Shown piece after piece: positions 17,992 to 27,429 of a stretch of DNA of 64,000 nucleotides. Every line of letters begins with the position of its first letter. Within the stretch, counting starts at the first letter, position 1. This stretch comes from Candidatus Berkelbacteria bacterium (GTDB lineage Bacteria; Patescibacteriota; UBA1384; 2-12-FULL-50-11). The stretch covers positions 392,409-456,408 of the forward strand of contig CP066697.1 of the NCBI GenBank assembly GCA_016432625.1, given 5' to 3'. A program made the translations under genes and the position numbers. The notes beneath the pieces were generated by a model. The model did not search any database. It saw only the letters and a list, made by a program, of their open reading frames with translations, and had not been told where the DNA came from.

Positions 17992-18597
17992 ATGTTAACA
18001 CCAAAGCAAAAGCAGATCTTAGATTTTATTGAGAGTTTTATTGATGAGAACGGGTACTCACCAAGTTATCGAGAGATCGCTGAACATTTCGGCTTCTCTT
18101 CGGTCGCGACCGTCGCTGAACATGTCGAGAATTTACGATTAAAAGGCTACTTGTCCAGCGAAGCCGGTTATCGTTCACTCCAGGTAAAAGAAGTCGCCGT
18201 TGAGCCAGACTCAGGTTTTGACGTTTTGAATATTCCGCTTATGGGCGCGATTCAAGCCGGAAAGCCGATTGAGGCGATCCGGACCAGCGAAACTCTAGAG
18301 ATTCCCCGCGATATGATGGCACGAAACGTTTTTGCCCTGAGGGTAAAAGGTGACTCGATGATCGATGATGGTATTTTAGACGGTGACTATGTTGTAGTTG
18401 AGCCGTGCCAGAGCCCCAAAAATGGTGACATCATTGTCGCCTTGATAGATAAAGACGATGTAACGCTAAAGCGCTTTTATCGGGAAAAGGATCACATACG
18501 TTTGCAGCCAGCCAACAAGAAGTACCAGCCAATTCGAGTTAAAAAAGTAACGATTCAAGGTAAGGTGCGAGGTGTCATTCGAAAATTTCGCGGTTAA
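17992..18597 (+). CDS. lexA: LexA repressor (S24 peptidase)
   Basis: N-terminal winged HTH (GYSPSYREIAEHFG). Ala-Gly cleavage site (AIQAGKP). GDSMIDDGILDGDYVVV (Ser) and TLKRFYRE (Lys) catalytic dyad. ATG at 17992 inside a longer ORF. Confidence 0.9.
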   Translation: MLTPKQKQILDFIESFIDENGYSPSYREIAEHFGFSSVATVAEHVENLRLKGYLSSEAGYRSLQVKEVAVEPDSGFDVLNIPLMGAIQAGKPIEAIRTSETLEIPRDMMARNVFALRVKGDSMIDDGILDGDYVVVEPCQSPKNGDIIVALIDKDDVTLKRFYREKDHIRLQPANKKYQPIRVKKVTIQGKVRGVIRKFRG

Positions 18598-18643
18598 ATA
18601 AGTTTTTAGCGAGTACAGCTCAGAGATTTAGGGAATAGAAAAA

Positions 18644-18665
18644 GGGCCGCTCCGAGGAGCGGCCC
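18644..18665 (+). terminator. Terminator hairpin after lexA
   Basis: GGGCCGCTCCgaGGAGCGGCCC. Confidence 0.5.
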
Positions 18666-19175
18666 TGCCAGTCAACCTGTCCTGGCTTGCCCGTGCTGCA
18701 TCCGAATCAGCTTGGTTTTACCCCGTAGTCCAGCTCAACCTAACGGGGTGAGGGTAGGAAAGAAACCGTGGGGGTCGCGCAACACCTGGAAATTCCTACA
18801 AGAGGAACCCCCGAAGCGTATATAGCGACCCAGCCTCGGGCCAGAGACCCCCTATGAAGAGGGCGTATGTATGAGGGGGTCTGGCTGAGCTAGCTGGCCT
18901 TGACTCGTAAGCCAAGTACTCCTTTGACCGCAATAGAGTTTTACCGGCTGCTCACATCGAGATTTTGCCTTGGTTGGCATGTTTTCGGATGTTTGTATAA
19001 GGAACGAAGCCAAGCCTGCTGGAATTGCTGAAGGCCTGACGCGACTCGCTATGATTGCTTGGCAACACAGCTAGGCAATAGTATGGCGGATGCTCGTCGA
19101 CAAGTCAAGTAGCGTACTGTCGATAATTTTCGGAATTGAATACTTAAACGGCGCTGTGGTATATGTCAAAGGTGA

Positions 19176-19421
19176 ATGGCACGCAAAGGCGAACGAAAAT
19201 TGTTTTTGTTTGGTAGATACTCCTTGGCCCTCCTACTACCTAAACGCTGGCTTACAGAGCTTGGTGCCAAAGCAGGTACGATCGTCTCACTAGAAATGGA
19301 CAGGGCGCGTAAACGAATTGTCGTGCGCTTTGGCGCGGAGCAACCAAGTATAAAATCGAGGAAGTCAGCAGATCATAAAAGTAGCGACGAACCAGACTGG
19401 GAACCGATCAAGGAACTTTGA
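19176..19421 (+). CDS. AbrB/MazE/SpoVT-type swapped-hairpin DNA-binding protein (81 aa)
   Basis: YSLALLLPKRWLTELGAKAGTIVSLEMDRARKRIVV fits the SpoVT/AbrB fold pattern. Confidence 0.45.
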   Translation: MARKGERKLFLFGRYSLALLLPKRWLTELGAKAGTIVSLEMDRARKRIVVRFGAEQPSIKSRKSADHKSSDEPDWEPIKEL

Positions 19422-19475
19422 GACTCACGACAACTTTCCCTAGGGACATTAAGTCCCGGCGGGTATACTGAATCC

Positions 19476-20000
19476 ATGGCACGCGACATGGATTTTCGAA
19501 GACCAACGCGGTCGGTGGTAAATACTGCCCCCACCACACACGGAAAAAAACCTCGCCGCACGACGTGGCCAATGCTGATGCTAGTGGTCGGGCTCGGCCT
19601 TGCTGCCGTTGGTCTTTTTGCTAGTTATTACAACAGCTCCTCCGACTCCGTTAAGCCGACGACTACAACGGACACACCCGTAACCTCGGATGAACCTAGC
19701 GGTAATTCAGCCGATGTATTTTCAAATAAAAATACTGCTTTCGAAGTCAAGATCTACGACTCGGGTGCCGGCGACGAAGCGGTAGACTCTACCACGGCAC
19801 TACTAACTGAAAAAGGATACACGGTTAAAAAGCTGGGCAAATCACAGTTTGTTTACGACAAGACTTACATTTGGCACATTCAAACTAGGCTGTCCGAGGC
19901 TCAAACAATCGGCGCTTTATTGCAGGGTAGGGAAGTCAGTTATAAAGAATCGCAGAACTCAGGTGGCTTCGAATTGTTAATTTACCTGGGCAAACAATAG
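19476..20000 (+). CDS. Membrane protein with a LytR_C (cell-envelope-related) domain
   Basis: TM helix, Thr/Ser-rich linker, then VKIYDSGAGDEAVDSTTALLTEKGYTV...FELLIYLGK, the LytR_C pattern. Confidence 0.55.
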   Translation: MARDMDFRRPTRSVVNTAPTTHGKKPRRTTWPMLMLVVGLGLAAVGLFASYYNSSSDSVKPTTTTDTPVTSDEPSGNSADVFSNKNTAFEVKIYDSGAGDEAVDSTTALLTEKGYTVKKLGKSQFVYDKTYIWHIQTRLSEAQTIGALLQGREVSYKESQNSGGFELLIYLGKQ

Positions 20001-20022
20001 CTTTTTAAGGTAAACTGAATAC

Positions 20023-20145
20023 ATGTTAGGTCTAACTCCACCAACAAGTTACGCCAACCAACGAGTCGGCGTTTTCACTGCGAGCAAACCTTCGCGAGAA
20101 GAAAAACGCTGCAACGAGTCAAGAGGGAATAAATGCTCGGTTTGA
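20023..20145 (+). other. 40-codon uORF whose first 18 codons duplicate the NYN gene N-terminus
   Basis: MLGLTPPTSYANQRVGVF is encoded twice, at 20023 and 20133, with 11 nucleotide differences that are all synonymous. The uORF then diverges and stops (TGA) 13 nt after the main ATG. Confidence 0.4.
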
Positions 20146-20660
20146 CACCTCCGACAAGTTACGCGAATCAACGCGTCGGCGTTTTTATCGATATCCAGAA
20201 CATGTACTACAGCGCCCGGGCGATGTATGACAGCCACGTCAACTTCGGCAAAATACTTGAGCACGCCGTTAACAAGAGGCAACTTATTCGCGCTATTGCT
20301 TACGTCGTTCGTTCAGACGCGCCGAAGGAGCAAACTTTCTTTGACGCTTTGGAGAAAGTCGGCCTAGAGATCCGTTCTAAAGACATCCAGATTTTTCCCG
20401 GTGGTGAAAAGAAAGGCGACTGGGACGTTGGCGTTGCCGTTGATGCAATTAAAATTGCTGACCGTCTCGACGTGGTTGTTTTGGTCACCGGCGACGGAGA
20501 TTTCTTACCGCTGGTCACATATCTCAAGGAGAATAAAGGGTGCCGCGTTGAAGGCATCGCGTTCGGTCGTAGTACTTCTTCCCGGCTAATCGAGGCTCTC
20601 GATCACTTTTACGACCTGGACGCAAACGCTAAAGATTATTTGATCAAAACGAAACACTAA
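20133..20660 (+). CDS. NYN/LabA-like domain protein (DUF88)
   Basis: VGVFIDIQNMYYSARA, VVLVTGDGDFLPLV are LabA/NYN nuclease-fold motifs. Confidence 0.7.
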   Translation: MLGLTPPTSYANQRVGVFIDIQNMYYSARAMYDSHVNFGKILEHAVNKRQLIRAIAYVVRSDAPKEQTFFDALEKVGLEIRSKDIQIFPGGEKKGDWDVGVAVDAIKIADRLDVVVLVTGDGDFLPLVTYLKENKGCRVEGIAFGRSTSSRLIEALDHFYDLDANAKDYLIKTKH

Positions 20661-20677
20661 AAAATGCGGGGGGACAG

Positions 20678-21400
20678 ATGCTTAAGGCACGAGAATTAAC
20701 TGTTTTTGATAAGGCGATTCCTGTTCTCACGAACATAAACTTAGAGATAAAACGTGGCGAAGTAGCGGCGTTTATCGGCCCAAACAACGCTGGCAAGTCG
20801 GCACTTCTTCGGGCACTAGCCGGTGGTTTCGAGCACTACGACGGAGAAATTCGAGTTGGCAGCTACTCTTTGAAGAACAGTGAGAAGGCAAAAACGCAGC
20901 TCGGCTACCTGTCATCTCCAGTTGCCTTCGAGAACTATTTGACTGGACTCGAATGGCTGGAAGTAGTAAGCGCCGCTTATCATTTAGCGCCGCCTAAACG
21001 AATCGAGGCAATTCTAAATTTGGCCGATAAGTTGAACTGCAAAGATAGTCTTTACACCATCTTAGATAGCGCTGATGAGTCAACTAAACAAAAGGTTGGA
21101 CTGATCGCCTCGCTCTTGCATCAGCCGTCAGTTGTACTCTGGGACGAGCCAATAAACAGCCTTGATCCAACGTCCCAACAGGAGGTTTCCGAGTTGGCGC
21201 GGCGGGTGTCGAGTGATGGCGCTGCCGTTTTAATTGCCACCAACAACTTGCCTTGGGCCGAGCGTGTTGCCGAGAGATTTTTCATTATGGATCAGGGTGA
21301 AATTCTATCTGACGGCACTTTATCGCAGCTAAAAAGCCTTTCCCGTGCTGAAGATCGAGATTTATTGACAATTTATAACAGCGTTCTACATGGGCAGTGA
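20678..21400 (+). CDS. ABC transporter ATP-binding protein
   Basis: Walker A GPNNAGKSALL, Walker B VVLWDEP. The signature motif region is degenerate. Confidence 0.8.
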   Translation: MLKARELTVFDKAIPVLTNINLEIKRGEVAAFIGPNNAGKSALLRALAGGFEHYDGEIRVGSYSLKNSEKAKTQLGYLSSPVAFENYLTGLEWLEVVSAAYHLAPPKRIEAILNLADKLNCKDSLYTILDSADESTKQKVGLIASLLHQPSVVLWDEPINSLDPTSQQEVSELARRVSSDGAAVLIATNNLPWAERVAERFFIMDQGEILSDGTLSQLKSLSRAEDRDLLTIYNSVLHGQ

Positions 21401-22775
21401 GAAGATCTTGTGGCGCCTGCACGCTCGTCGGTTTCTACGGAGTTTCAACGAAGAGCCTTTCCCTAGGTTTGTTCTACTTATACTGGTAGCTGCAGCGGCA
21501 GCATTGGTAATGGCGGGATTTTACTATATCGGTGCTTCGGCCGTGGGAGAGGGCAGCACCGCCTTCTTGAGCGTTAACCTGGCGCTACTAATAACGATCG
21601 GCTTCTTTGTTGGTATTACGCCTCTAAGAACCTCGATGGCCATAACGCAGCTCCCTATTAGTCGCCGAGCAATTCAGTGGGACGGCATTATCGGATTGAT
21701 GCGGCTGCCTTTAGTAATCACTTTAGTAATGACAGTCCCATTTTATGTCGGCAGGTCCTCAAACGGTTATTACTCTTTTGTGGAAATTTTACTGTTAATT
21801 TTAAGTATCCTGGTGGTGGCGTTGTCGTGTTATATCGCTGCGAACAGCGCCTCTCAGCTACTAAAAGCCTTAACACACAACAGTTTCGTTCGTTTTATGG
21901 CGATGATAAGTGTTCTAATCCTGATGTTGGAGTTTTTTTCCAGGTCGAACCAAGCCGTGAGCGCCTTAGAGCGGACTTTCAACTCGATTAGCTCGGGGGA
22001 AGCTTTGCTCGTCATACTGGCTTCGGTTGGAATAATCGGCGCTGCTGTTACGGCAATTGAAGCTAGCGAACCAGTAATTACCAAACATCGTCGTTCGCCA
22101 TTTTGGAGTCTTATGACCCACCATCGAAACTTTAACAATATTCCTAGTCTAGGTGAGTCCGTATTTATTAGAGAACTGCTATTTTTCCTTAGAAACGTTA
22201 CAACCCATTTAATAATCGCCGTGATTCTTGTGTTGTTTCTACTCACCCAGGCTTTGGGCGCTAGCTTGTTTAACTCCCCTGTGCTTGGATTCTTGATCTT
22301 GGGTGTGGCGTTAGGTTTGATTAGCTACTTCGTCAGTTTTCCTAGTGGTAGGAGGTTCTATGCGTCAGGGGTGAGGCTATCTCACTTGCCACTTAATCGT
22401 CGGCAGACCTACTGGGGCAGTTTCGCTGCAAGCGGCTTAATTACCGTCCTTCTGGGAGGCGTATTGGCACAACTGGCACTAGAGCAGCTAGAAATGGCTG
22501 GGCCGCTAACTCTGCTCGTACTTGTCTCAATACCGCTGTCACTGCATTGTTTGGCCTTTAACTCTGGAGTAAGAGTCGGAGACCGCAACGACGAACTGAC
22601 ACTACTCGACGAAGGGTTAGGGATAATTCTTATTTTTGCATCGATCGCGTTTGCGCTTGTGTTATTTAGCTTCCTTAACGGCGCTAAGCCCTCAGAAGCC
22701 ATCGCTATCAGTGTCGTTTGGGCGCTAGTTTACTCCTTCGGCGGGTTACTTTTGCTTAAAAACTCTCGAGCTTAA
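21390..22775 (+). CDS. Polytopic membrane protein, probable ABC-2-type permease partner
   Basis: About ten predicted TM segments. Overlaps the ATPase stop. Confidence 0.5.
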   Translation: MGSEKILWRLHARRFLRSFNEEPFPRFVLLILVAAAAALVMAGFYYIGASAVGEGSTAFLSVNLALLITIGFFVGITPLRTSMAITQLPISRRAIQWDGIIGLMRLPLVITLVMTVPFYVGRSSNGYYSFVEILLLILSILVVALSCYIAANSASQLLKALTHNSFVRFMAMISVLILMLEFFSRSNQAVSALERTFNSISSGEALLVILASVGIIGAAVTAIEASEPVITKHRRSPFWSLMTHHRNFNNIPSLGESVFIRELLFFLRNVTTHLIIAVILVLFLLTQALGASLFNSPVLGFLILGVALGLISYFVSFPSGRRFYASGVRLSHLPLNRRQTYWGSFAASGLITVLLGGVLAQLALEQLEMAGPLTLLVLVSIPLSLHCLAFNSGVRVGDRNDELTLLDEGLGIILIFASIAFALVLFSFLNGAKPSEAIAISVVWALVYSFGGLLLLKNSRA

Positions 22776-22801
22776 GGGTAGGCTTAGCTACAATTAAGAT
22801 A

Positions 22802-22867
22802 ATGAGAATAGTTATTTGGCTAATTATCGCCTTGTTTATTATTAGCTCTGTCATCATCTTCTTCTAA
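22802..22867 (+). CDS. Candidate 21-aa hydrophobic micro-protein, TAATG-coupled to cca
   Basis: MRIVIWLIIALFIISSVIIFF. Its stop overlaps the cca ATG. Confidence 0.2.
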   Translation: MRIVIWLIIALFIISSVIIFF

Positions 22868-24234
22868 TGATTAGCGCCCCAGTGTGGCTCGGGGAATTGA
22901 TTAAGGCATTTCATAGTAAAGGCCATACTGCTTATGTAGTTGGTGGGGCTGTTCGTGACGAGTTGCTCGATAAGACGGTTCAGGAATGGGACATCGCGAC
23001 CGACATGACCCCCGACGAGACCGAAAAATTGCTTCACGATATAAGAGCAAAGAGTATTGGCACCGTCGGTAAGCGCTTCGGCACAATCACGGCACAATTT
23101 CACGGTGAAACAGTAGAAATAACGACGTTCAGAACCGAGCAGTACGAGGTTTCCTCGCGCAAGCCCGAAACGAAATTTGGTAATGATCTCAAAGACGATT
23201 TATCGCGAAGAGATTTTACGATTAACGCTATAGCTTACGACCCAATTAAACTTGAGTTGATCGATCCATTTGGCGGCCAGGATGATCTGAAGAAAAAGAT
23301 TGTCCGCGCCGTTGGCAGCCCGAACCAGCGCTTCGGCGAAGATCCGCTCCGAATGCTTCGGGCAATACGCTTTGCCGCGCAGTTAGATTTCGAGATTGAA
23401 CCGGAAACAATGCAGGCGATCATCGATGAACGAGAGCACTTTGGTATCTTATCGGCAGAACGCATTAGCCAAGAAATCGATAAGATTCTTCTCAGCCCCC
23501 GACCTAGCTTGGGAATTACGCTTCTAGTTGAGAGTCGTCTGATTGAATATATCCTGCCCGAATTATTGCCATCGATTAATTTAGAGTTTGAGGCACACGA
23601 GCATAAGGATATTTACCACCATATTCTACAAGTACTCGATCAAACACCGCCTAAACTGCCCTTGCGCTGGTGCGCCCTACTACACGACATTGCTAAGCCG
23701 TTAACCCGGCAAAAAATTGACGGTGAATTTCACTTTTTGGGTCATGAGAATCTCGGCGGCAAAATGGCGCGTACAATTCTTACCCGTTTGAAATACCCTA
23801 ACGATTTCATTAAGTACCTGGTGCACATAGTACGTCAGCATCAACGTATTCCTGGCTACGACGGCGCTTGGTCCGATGGGGGAGTGCGACGTTTTGTCCG
23901 TGACGCCGGTGAGGCGCTAGACGACCTGTTTACCTTTGCCGAGGCCGACCAGAGCGGCAAGAACGAGAAAAAATTAGCGCTTTATCGCTCTCGACGCGCC
24001 GAACTAAAAGAACGGATCGACAAGCTCGAGAAAGAAGCCGAGATAGCCAAGATCAAAAGCCCGCTAGACGGTGCGGAACTTATGGAGATATTCAAGCGAC
24101 CTGCCGGGCCGTGGATTAAACCAATCAAAGAGCATCTACTTGCCCTCGTGTTGGACGGTAAGTTAGGCGAAAAAGACAAGAAAGAAGCAACAGATATAGC
24201 CCGTATGCTAATAAAAAACCTTTCCTCACAGTAG
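22867..24234 (+). CDS. cca: CCA-adding tRNA nucleotidyltransferase with HD domain
   Basis: GGAVRDELLDK...DIATDMTPDE is the pol-beta NTase head. HD domain HHILQV...LLHDIAKP. Confidence 0.8.
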   Translation: MISAPVWLGELIKAFHSKGHTAYVVGGAVRDELLDKTVQEWDIATDMTPDETEKLLHDIRAKSIGTVGKRFGTITAQFHGETVEITTFRTEQYEVSSRKPETKFGNDLKDDLSRRDFTINAIAYDPIKLELIDPFGGQDDLKKKIVRAVGSPNQRFGEDPLRMLRAIRFAAQLDFEIEPETMQAIIDEREHFGILSAERISQEIDKILLSPRPSLGITLLVESRLIEYILPELLPSINLEFEAHEHKDIYHHILQVLDQTPPKLPLRWCALLHDIAKPLTRQKIDGEFHFLGHENLGGKMARTILTRLKYPNDFIKYLVHIVRQHQRIPGYDGAWSDGGVRRFVRDAGEALDDLFTFAEADQSGKNEKKLALYRSRRAELKERIDKLEKEAEIAKIKSPLDGAELMEIFKRPAGPWIKPIKEHLLALVLDGKLGEKDKKEATDIARMLIKNLSSQ

Positions 24235-24274
24235 GCTTGGCAGCACCTCGAGAATTCGTTACCCTACTAAAGAG

Positions 24275-25387
24275 ATGGAAGGGGATTTTGTTATTAAGCC
24301 GCCCGTTACTCCGCAGAAGTCGCCAAAGAGATTCAAGGCTTGGCTTGTTAGCCATAAAAAAATAGTGATTATCGCCGTAATTGCCCTGCTTGTTTTAGTG
24401 CTATCAGCTTTTACTTGGTTTGGACGAGACGAAGGACCGGTGGAGGCGTCTAAAGTTCAGCCCACCAGCGAGCCGAAAGAGCTTCCGAGTCTTATAAACG
24501 GTGTTGTTGTTGATAGGAGTATTTACAATCGCCACCCAGTGGCGGTGATGATCGAGAATTCGCCGGCGGCGCGGCCGCAAACAGGGCTGACAAGCGCTGA
24601 TGTTGTCTACGAGGCGGTCACCGAGGGCGGCATAACGCGTTTCATGGCGCTTTATTCTATTAACCTTCCGACAAAGGTTGGCCCCGTCCGTTCAGCTCGA
24701 AGCTACTTTATTGACTACCTGAGCGAATATGACGCCTTTTACGCTCACGCCGGCGGCTCCCCAACGGCCCTGTCGCGCATTGGGGAATATAAAATCAAAG
24801 ATTATCCCCATTCTAACGACGCTTACTGGCGAGAGCCACGTAAGGGCGTAGCAAGCGAGCACACATTGTTCGCTGACGTGTCGAAGATATTCAATTTGGG
24901 CGTCGAGAAAAAAGGCTGGAGCGCCACTGCGGATTTCAAGAGCTGGTTATTTAAAGACGCTTCCGCTACGCCTGCCCCGGCGGCGGCCGTAAATATTAAA
25001 TTCTCCTCAGCACAGTTCAATGTAGTGTGGAATTTCGATCCAGTTACCAAGCTCTATAGCCGATCGATGGGTGGGGCTGTCCACAAGGATGCCACTAGCG
25101 GCGAGCAAATCACCGCAGCGGCCGTTCTGGCTCTTAAGGTGTCGCATTCTGCCAATCCAGCCTACAAGGGCACTGGTAAGGAATCTGAATGGAATATGAG
25201 CACTATCGGCGAGGGCGAAGCTATGTTATTTCAAGACGGGACTGCCGTCAATGCGACGTGGAAAAAGCCCGCGCGAACTGAGAGAACACGTCTCTACGAC
25301 AAGGCCACCGGCGCTGAGCTTAAGATCAACCGCGGTCGGATTTGGGTTGAGATCGTGCCCCAAGAGGGTAGTTATAGTCAAGGCTAA
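24275..25387 (+). CDS. DUF3048-family (YerB-like) secreted or membrane-anchored protein
   Basis: N-terminal TM. RPQTGLTSADVVYEAVTEGGITRFMALY resembles the DUF3048 core. Confidence 0.5.
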   Translation: MEGDFVIKPPVTPQKSPKRFKAWLVSHKKIVIIAVIALLVLVLSAFTWFGRDEGPVEASKVQPTSEPKELPSLINGVVVDRSIYNRHPVAVMIENSPAARPQTGLTSADVVYEAVTEGGITRFMALYSINLPTKVGPVRSARSYFIDYLSEYDAFYAHAGGSPTALSRIGEYKIKDYPHSNDAYWREPRKGVASEHTLFADVSKIFNLGVEKKGWSATADFKSWLFKDASATPAPAAAVNIKFSSAQFNVVWNFDPVTKLYSRSMGGAVHKDATSGEQITAAAVLALKVSHSANPAYKGTGKESEWNMSTIGEGEAMLFQDGTAVNATWKKPARTERTRLYDKATGAELKINRGRIWVEIVPQEGSYSQG

Positions 25388-25400
25388 AAGAACTGCACAC

Positions 25401-25429
25401 AAAAGGACCTCCTTGCGGAGGTCCTTTTG
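25401..25429. terminator. Bidirectional terminator between convergent genes
   Basis: AAAAGGACCTCCttgcGGAGGTCCTTTTG. Confidence 0.6.
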
Positions 25430-25442
25430 CTAACCAGTCGGC

Positions 25443-26171
25443 TTATAAGCCGGCCATTTTCAAGACCTGGTTTACATAGGTCGTTGAATGGTTGTAGGCG
25501 AACAGCGCTCGACGATAGTCACCACTTGAAGCACCGTTACGGGCTAAAAGCTTTGAGCTACCGTAGAGACAGTCGCGAGCATCGTTGATGTTCTTGACGC
25601 CGTCGCCGTTACCGTCCTCTTGATATGATCGCCAGGTGCCGGGCATAAACTGACACGGTCCACGAGCACCGACAGTGGAGCCGCCTTCGAAATACATTCG
25701 TTGGCCAGACTCAACTTTCCAAACCGCGAACAGAAGACTTGCAGGAATGCCGTATTTGGCAGCTGCTTGGCTTGCCAGGGCAAACTTGTCGTTATCTCCT
25801 AGTTCGGCCGGTTTAGACACCGTCGATTTAGACTGCGAGGCTTTTTTGGCCTCTCGCGCGACGCGAACACGGCGTTGATACTCAGATTCCTTAAGCTCAA
25901 TCTGGACAGTTTTAACCGGAACATCAACGACTTTGTCGTTAAGGGCCAAGGTTAACTCAGACTCAAATTGAACGATCTCCGTTACCGGAGTTGGAACTTC
26001 TGTTGAGTAGGCAGCGGTCACAGCACCGACTGGAATAACCAGAGGTATTGTTAACGCCATCAACATTACGTTCTTAGCGCGCTGCAGTTTTTTAACGTTC
26101 TTTCGTACGACTTTCTTAACCCTCCCTATTTGCCGCACCGATTGACGGTGAAGCTGGGTTAAGTTCATCAC
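25443..26171 (-). CDS. Lytic transglycosylase (SLT domain) with N-terminal membrane anchor
   Basis: LLFAVWKVESGQRMY...GARGPCQFMPGTW is the SLT catalytic Glu plus Q-F-M motif. Confidence 0.75.
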   Translation of the reverse strand: MMNLTQLHRQSVRQIGRVKKVVRKNVKKLQRAKNVMLMALTIPLVIPVGAVTAAYSTEVPTPVTEIVQFESELTLALNDKVVDVPVKTVQIELKESEYQRRVRVAREAKKASQSKSTVSKPAELGDNDKFALASQAAAKYGIPASLLFAVWKVESGQRMYFEGGSTVGARGPCQFMPGTWRSYQEDGNGDGVKNINDARDCLYGSSKLLARNGASSGDYRRALFAYNHSTTYVNQVLKMAGL

Positions 26172-26388
26172 TTCGTCCTAGCTACCCGAAAGCAACTAGA
26201 ACTTTTATTTTCACTCCTTTACTTATGCCCACTTGGGGCGTACCTCCGGGTTACGCCTTTGCGCCAGTTACCTGACTTCTTATCCTTAAATAGGATAATA
26301 AAAAGGCTTCCCACAGAAGCGTCAACTATGATAACAGGTGTGAGTTTTTCAGTCAACCCTTTAGGGCGGTATTTGCTACAATCAACGC

Positions 26389-26721
26389 ATGAACGATTGT
26401 TTGTTCTGCAAGATCATCCGCGAAGAGCTGGAGAGCAAAAAAGTGCTCGAAACTAGCCACTACGTGGCGTTCCACGATATTCACCCCAAAGCCCCAGTTC
26501 ATGTATTAATTGTCCCCAAGCGTCACGTCGAGCGACCGGAAGAGCTTCGTGCTGACGAGATCCACGATATGTTAGTTGGTAGCGAGGAAGTCGCCCAAAT
26601 CACAGGAGTCAAAGAATCGGGCTATCGTTTGTTATTCAATGTCGGCCAACACGCCGGACAAGAAATTGACCACGTTCATATGCACCTCATTGGTGGTACG
26701 GTTTCTAAAGCGTTGTATTAA
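26389..26721 (+). CDS. HIT-family (histidine triad) nucleotide hydrolase
   Basis: C-terminal IDHVHMHLIGG is the HxHxHxx motif. Confidence 0.85.
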   Translation: MNDCLFCKIIREELESKKVLETSHYVAFHDIHPKAPVHVLIVPKRHVERPEELRADEIHDMLVGSEEVAQITGVKESGYRLLFNVGQHAGQEIDHVHMHLIGGTVSKALY

Positions 26722-26725
26722 GGAA

Positions 26726-26960
26726 AACCCCCCGCGGCCGCAGCGTTGGGGGGTGTCGTTTAATCCGTGATGTAGTCGCTCATGGCACGGTCCTGTGTAG
26801 AGCAACTCCCTTCGACACTCCGGGTGTGCCCAACCGCTTGAGGTGAGTTGGGGAACCTGTTCGAGTACTCTCGGATCTCCTACGAACATTGGTGGATCCA
26901 AAGTATCTTTAGCGCTCGGCCCAGTAGGGTATTGCTTCCTGCTTACCAAAGAACACGACA
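26726..26960 (-). ncRNA. Candidate small RNA with its own promoter and terminator, class unknown
   Basis: Minus strand has TTGACT-17-TAGAGT near 26960 and a G6/C6 hairpin plus U-tract at 26726-26760. The ~200 nt between them have no credible ORF. Confidence 0.25.
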
Positions 26961-27205
26961 ACTCTACCTTAAATCAGACAGAAAGTCAAGGTTCTAAGGG
27001 TGAAAAATGTAGTCGAAAAACCGCGAGCCATGCACCTGTGATGACAGGATCAGCGAGCGGTGTTTCCCCAGCCGCTGGGGCAGCGTGCAGGGGGTGGAGT
27101 GAAGAGGTAGGGGGACAGCTTCGCAACTCGGTCCCCCTACCTCTTCAAAGAGTCCGAGGTTACGCTTAACTTAAAGCAAATTTATTGCTACAATAATTCC
27201 TACAT

Positions 27206-27427
27206 ATGGAAGATCGTTACGAGCGCCGTTCGCGCGGTGAAGGTTCATCAAGTGGCCCGATGTCTGTCGAAGTAATGCTTCGCCGCTTTTTCCGTGACGT
27301 CCAACAGTCGGAGATCATGACCGAGATCAAAAAACGCCGATTCTTCGAGAAGAAAACATCCCGCAATAAACGTCGCGCCGTTGCTCAAGTGCGCGCCGTC
27401 CGCCGCAAAACCAAACGCGGCTACTAA
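27206..27427 (+). CDS. rpsU: 30S ribosomal protein S21
   Basis: ...VMLRRFFRDVQQSEIMTEIKKRRFFEKKTSRNKRRAVAQ.. is the bS21 pattern. Confidence 0.85.
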   Translation: MEDRYERRSRGEGSSSGPMSVEVMLRRFFRDVQQSEIMTEIKKRRFFEKKTSRNKRRAVAQVRAVRRKTKRGY

Positions 27428-27429
27428 CT

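Noticed and set aside
26632-27169. 109-aa (minus) and 108-aa (plus) ORFs in the HIT-rpsU spacer
   Set aside because: The minus ORF runs antisense into the HIT gene. The plus ORF is low-complexity Ser/Gly-rich and spans the long inverted repeat. Neither has start context or motifs.
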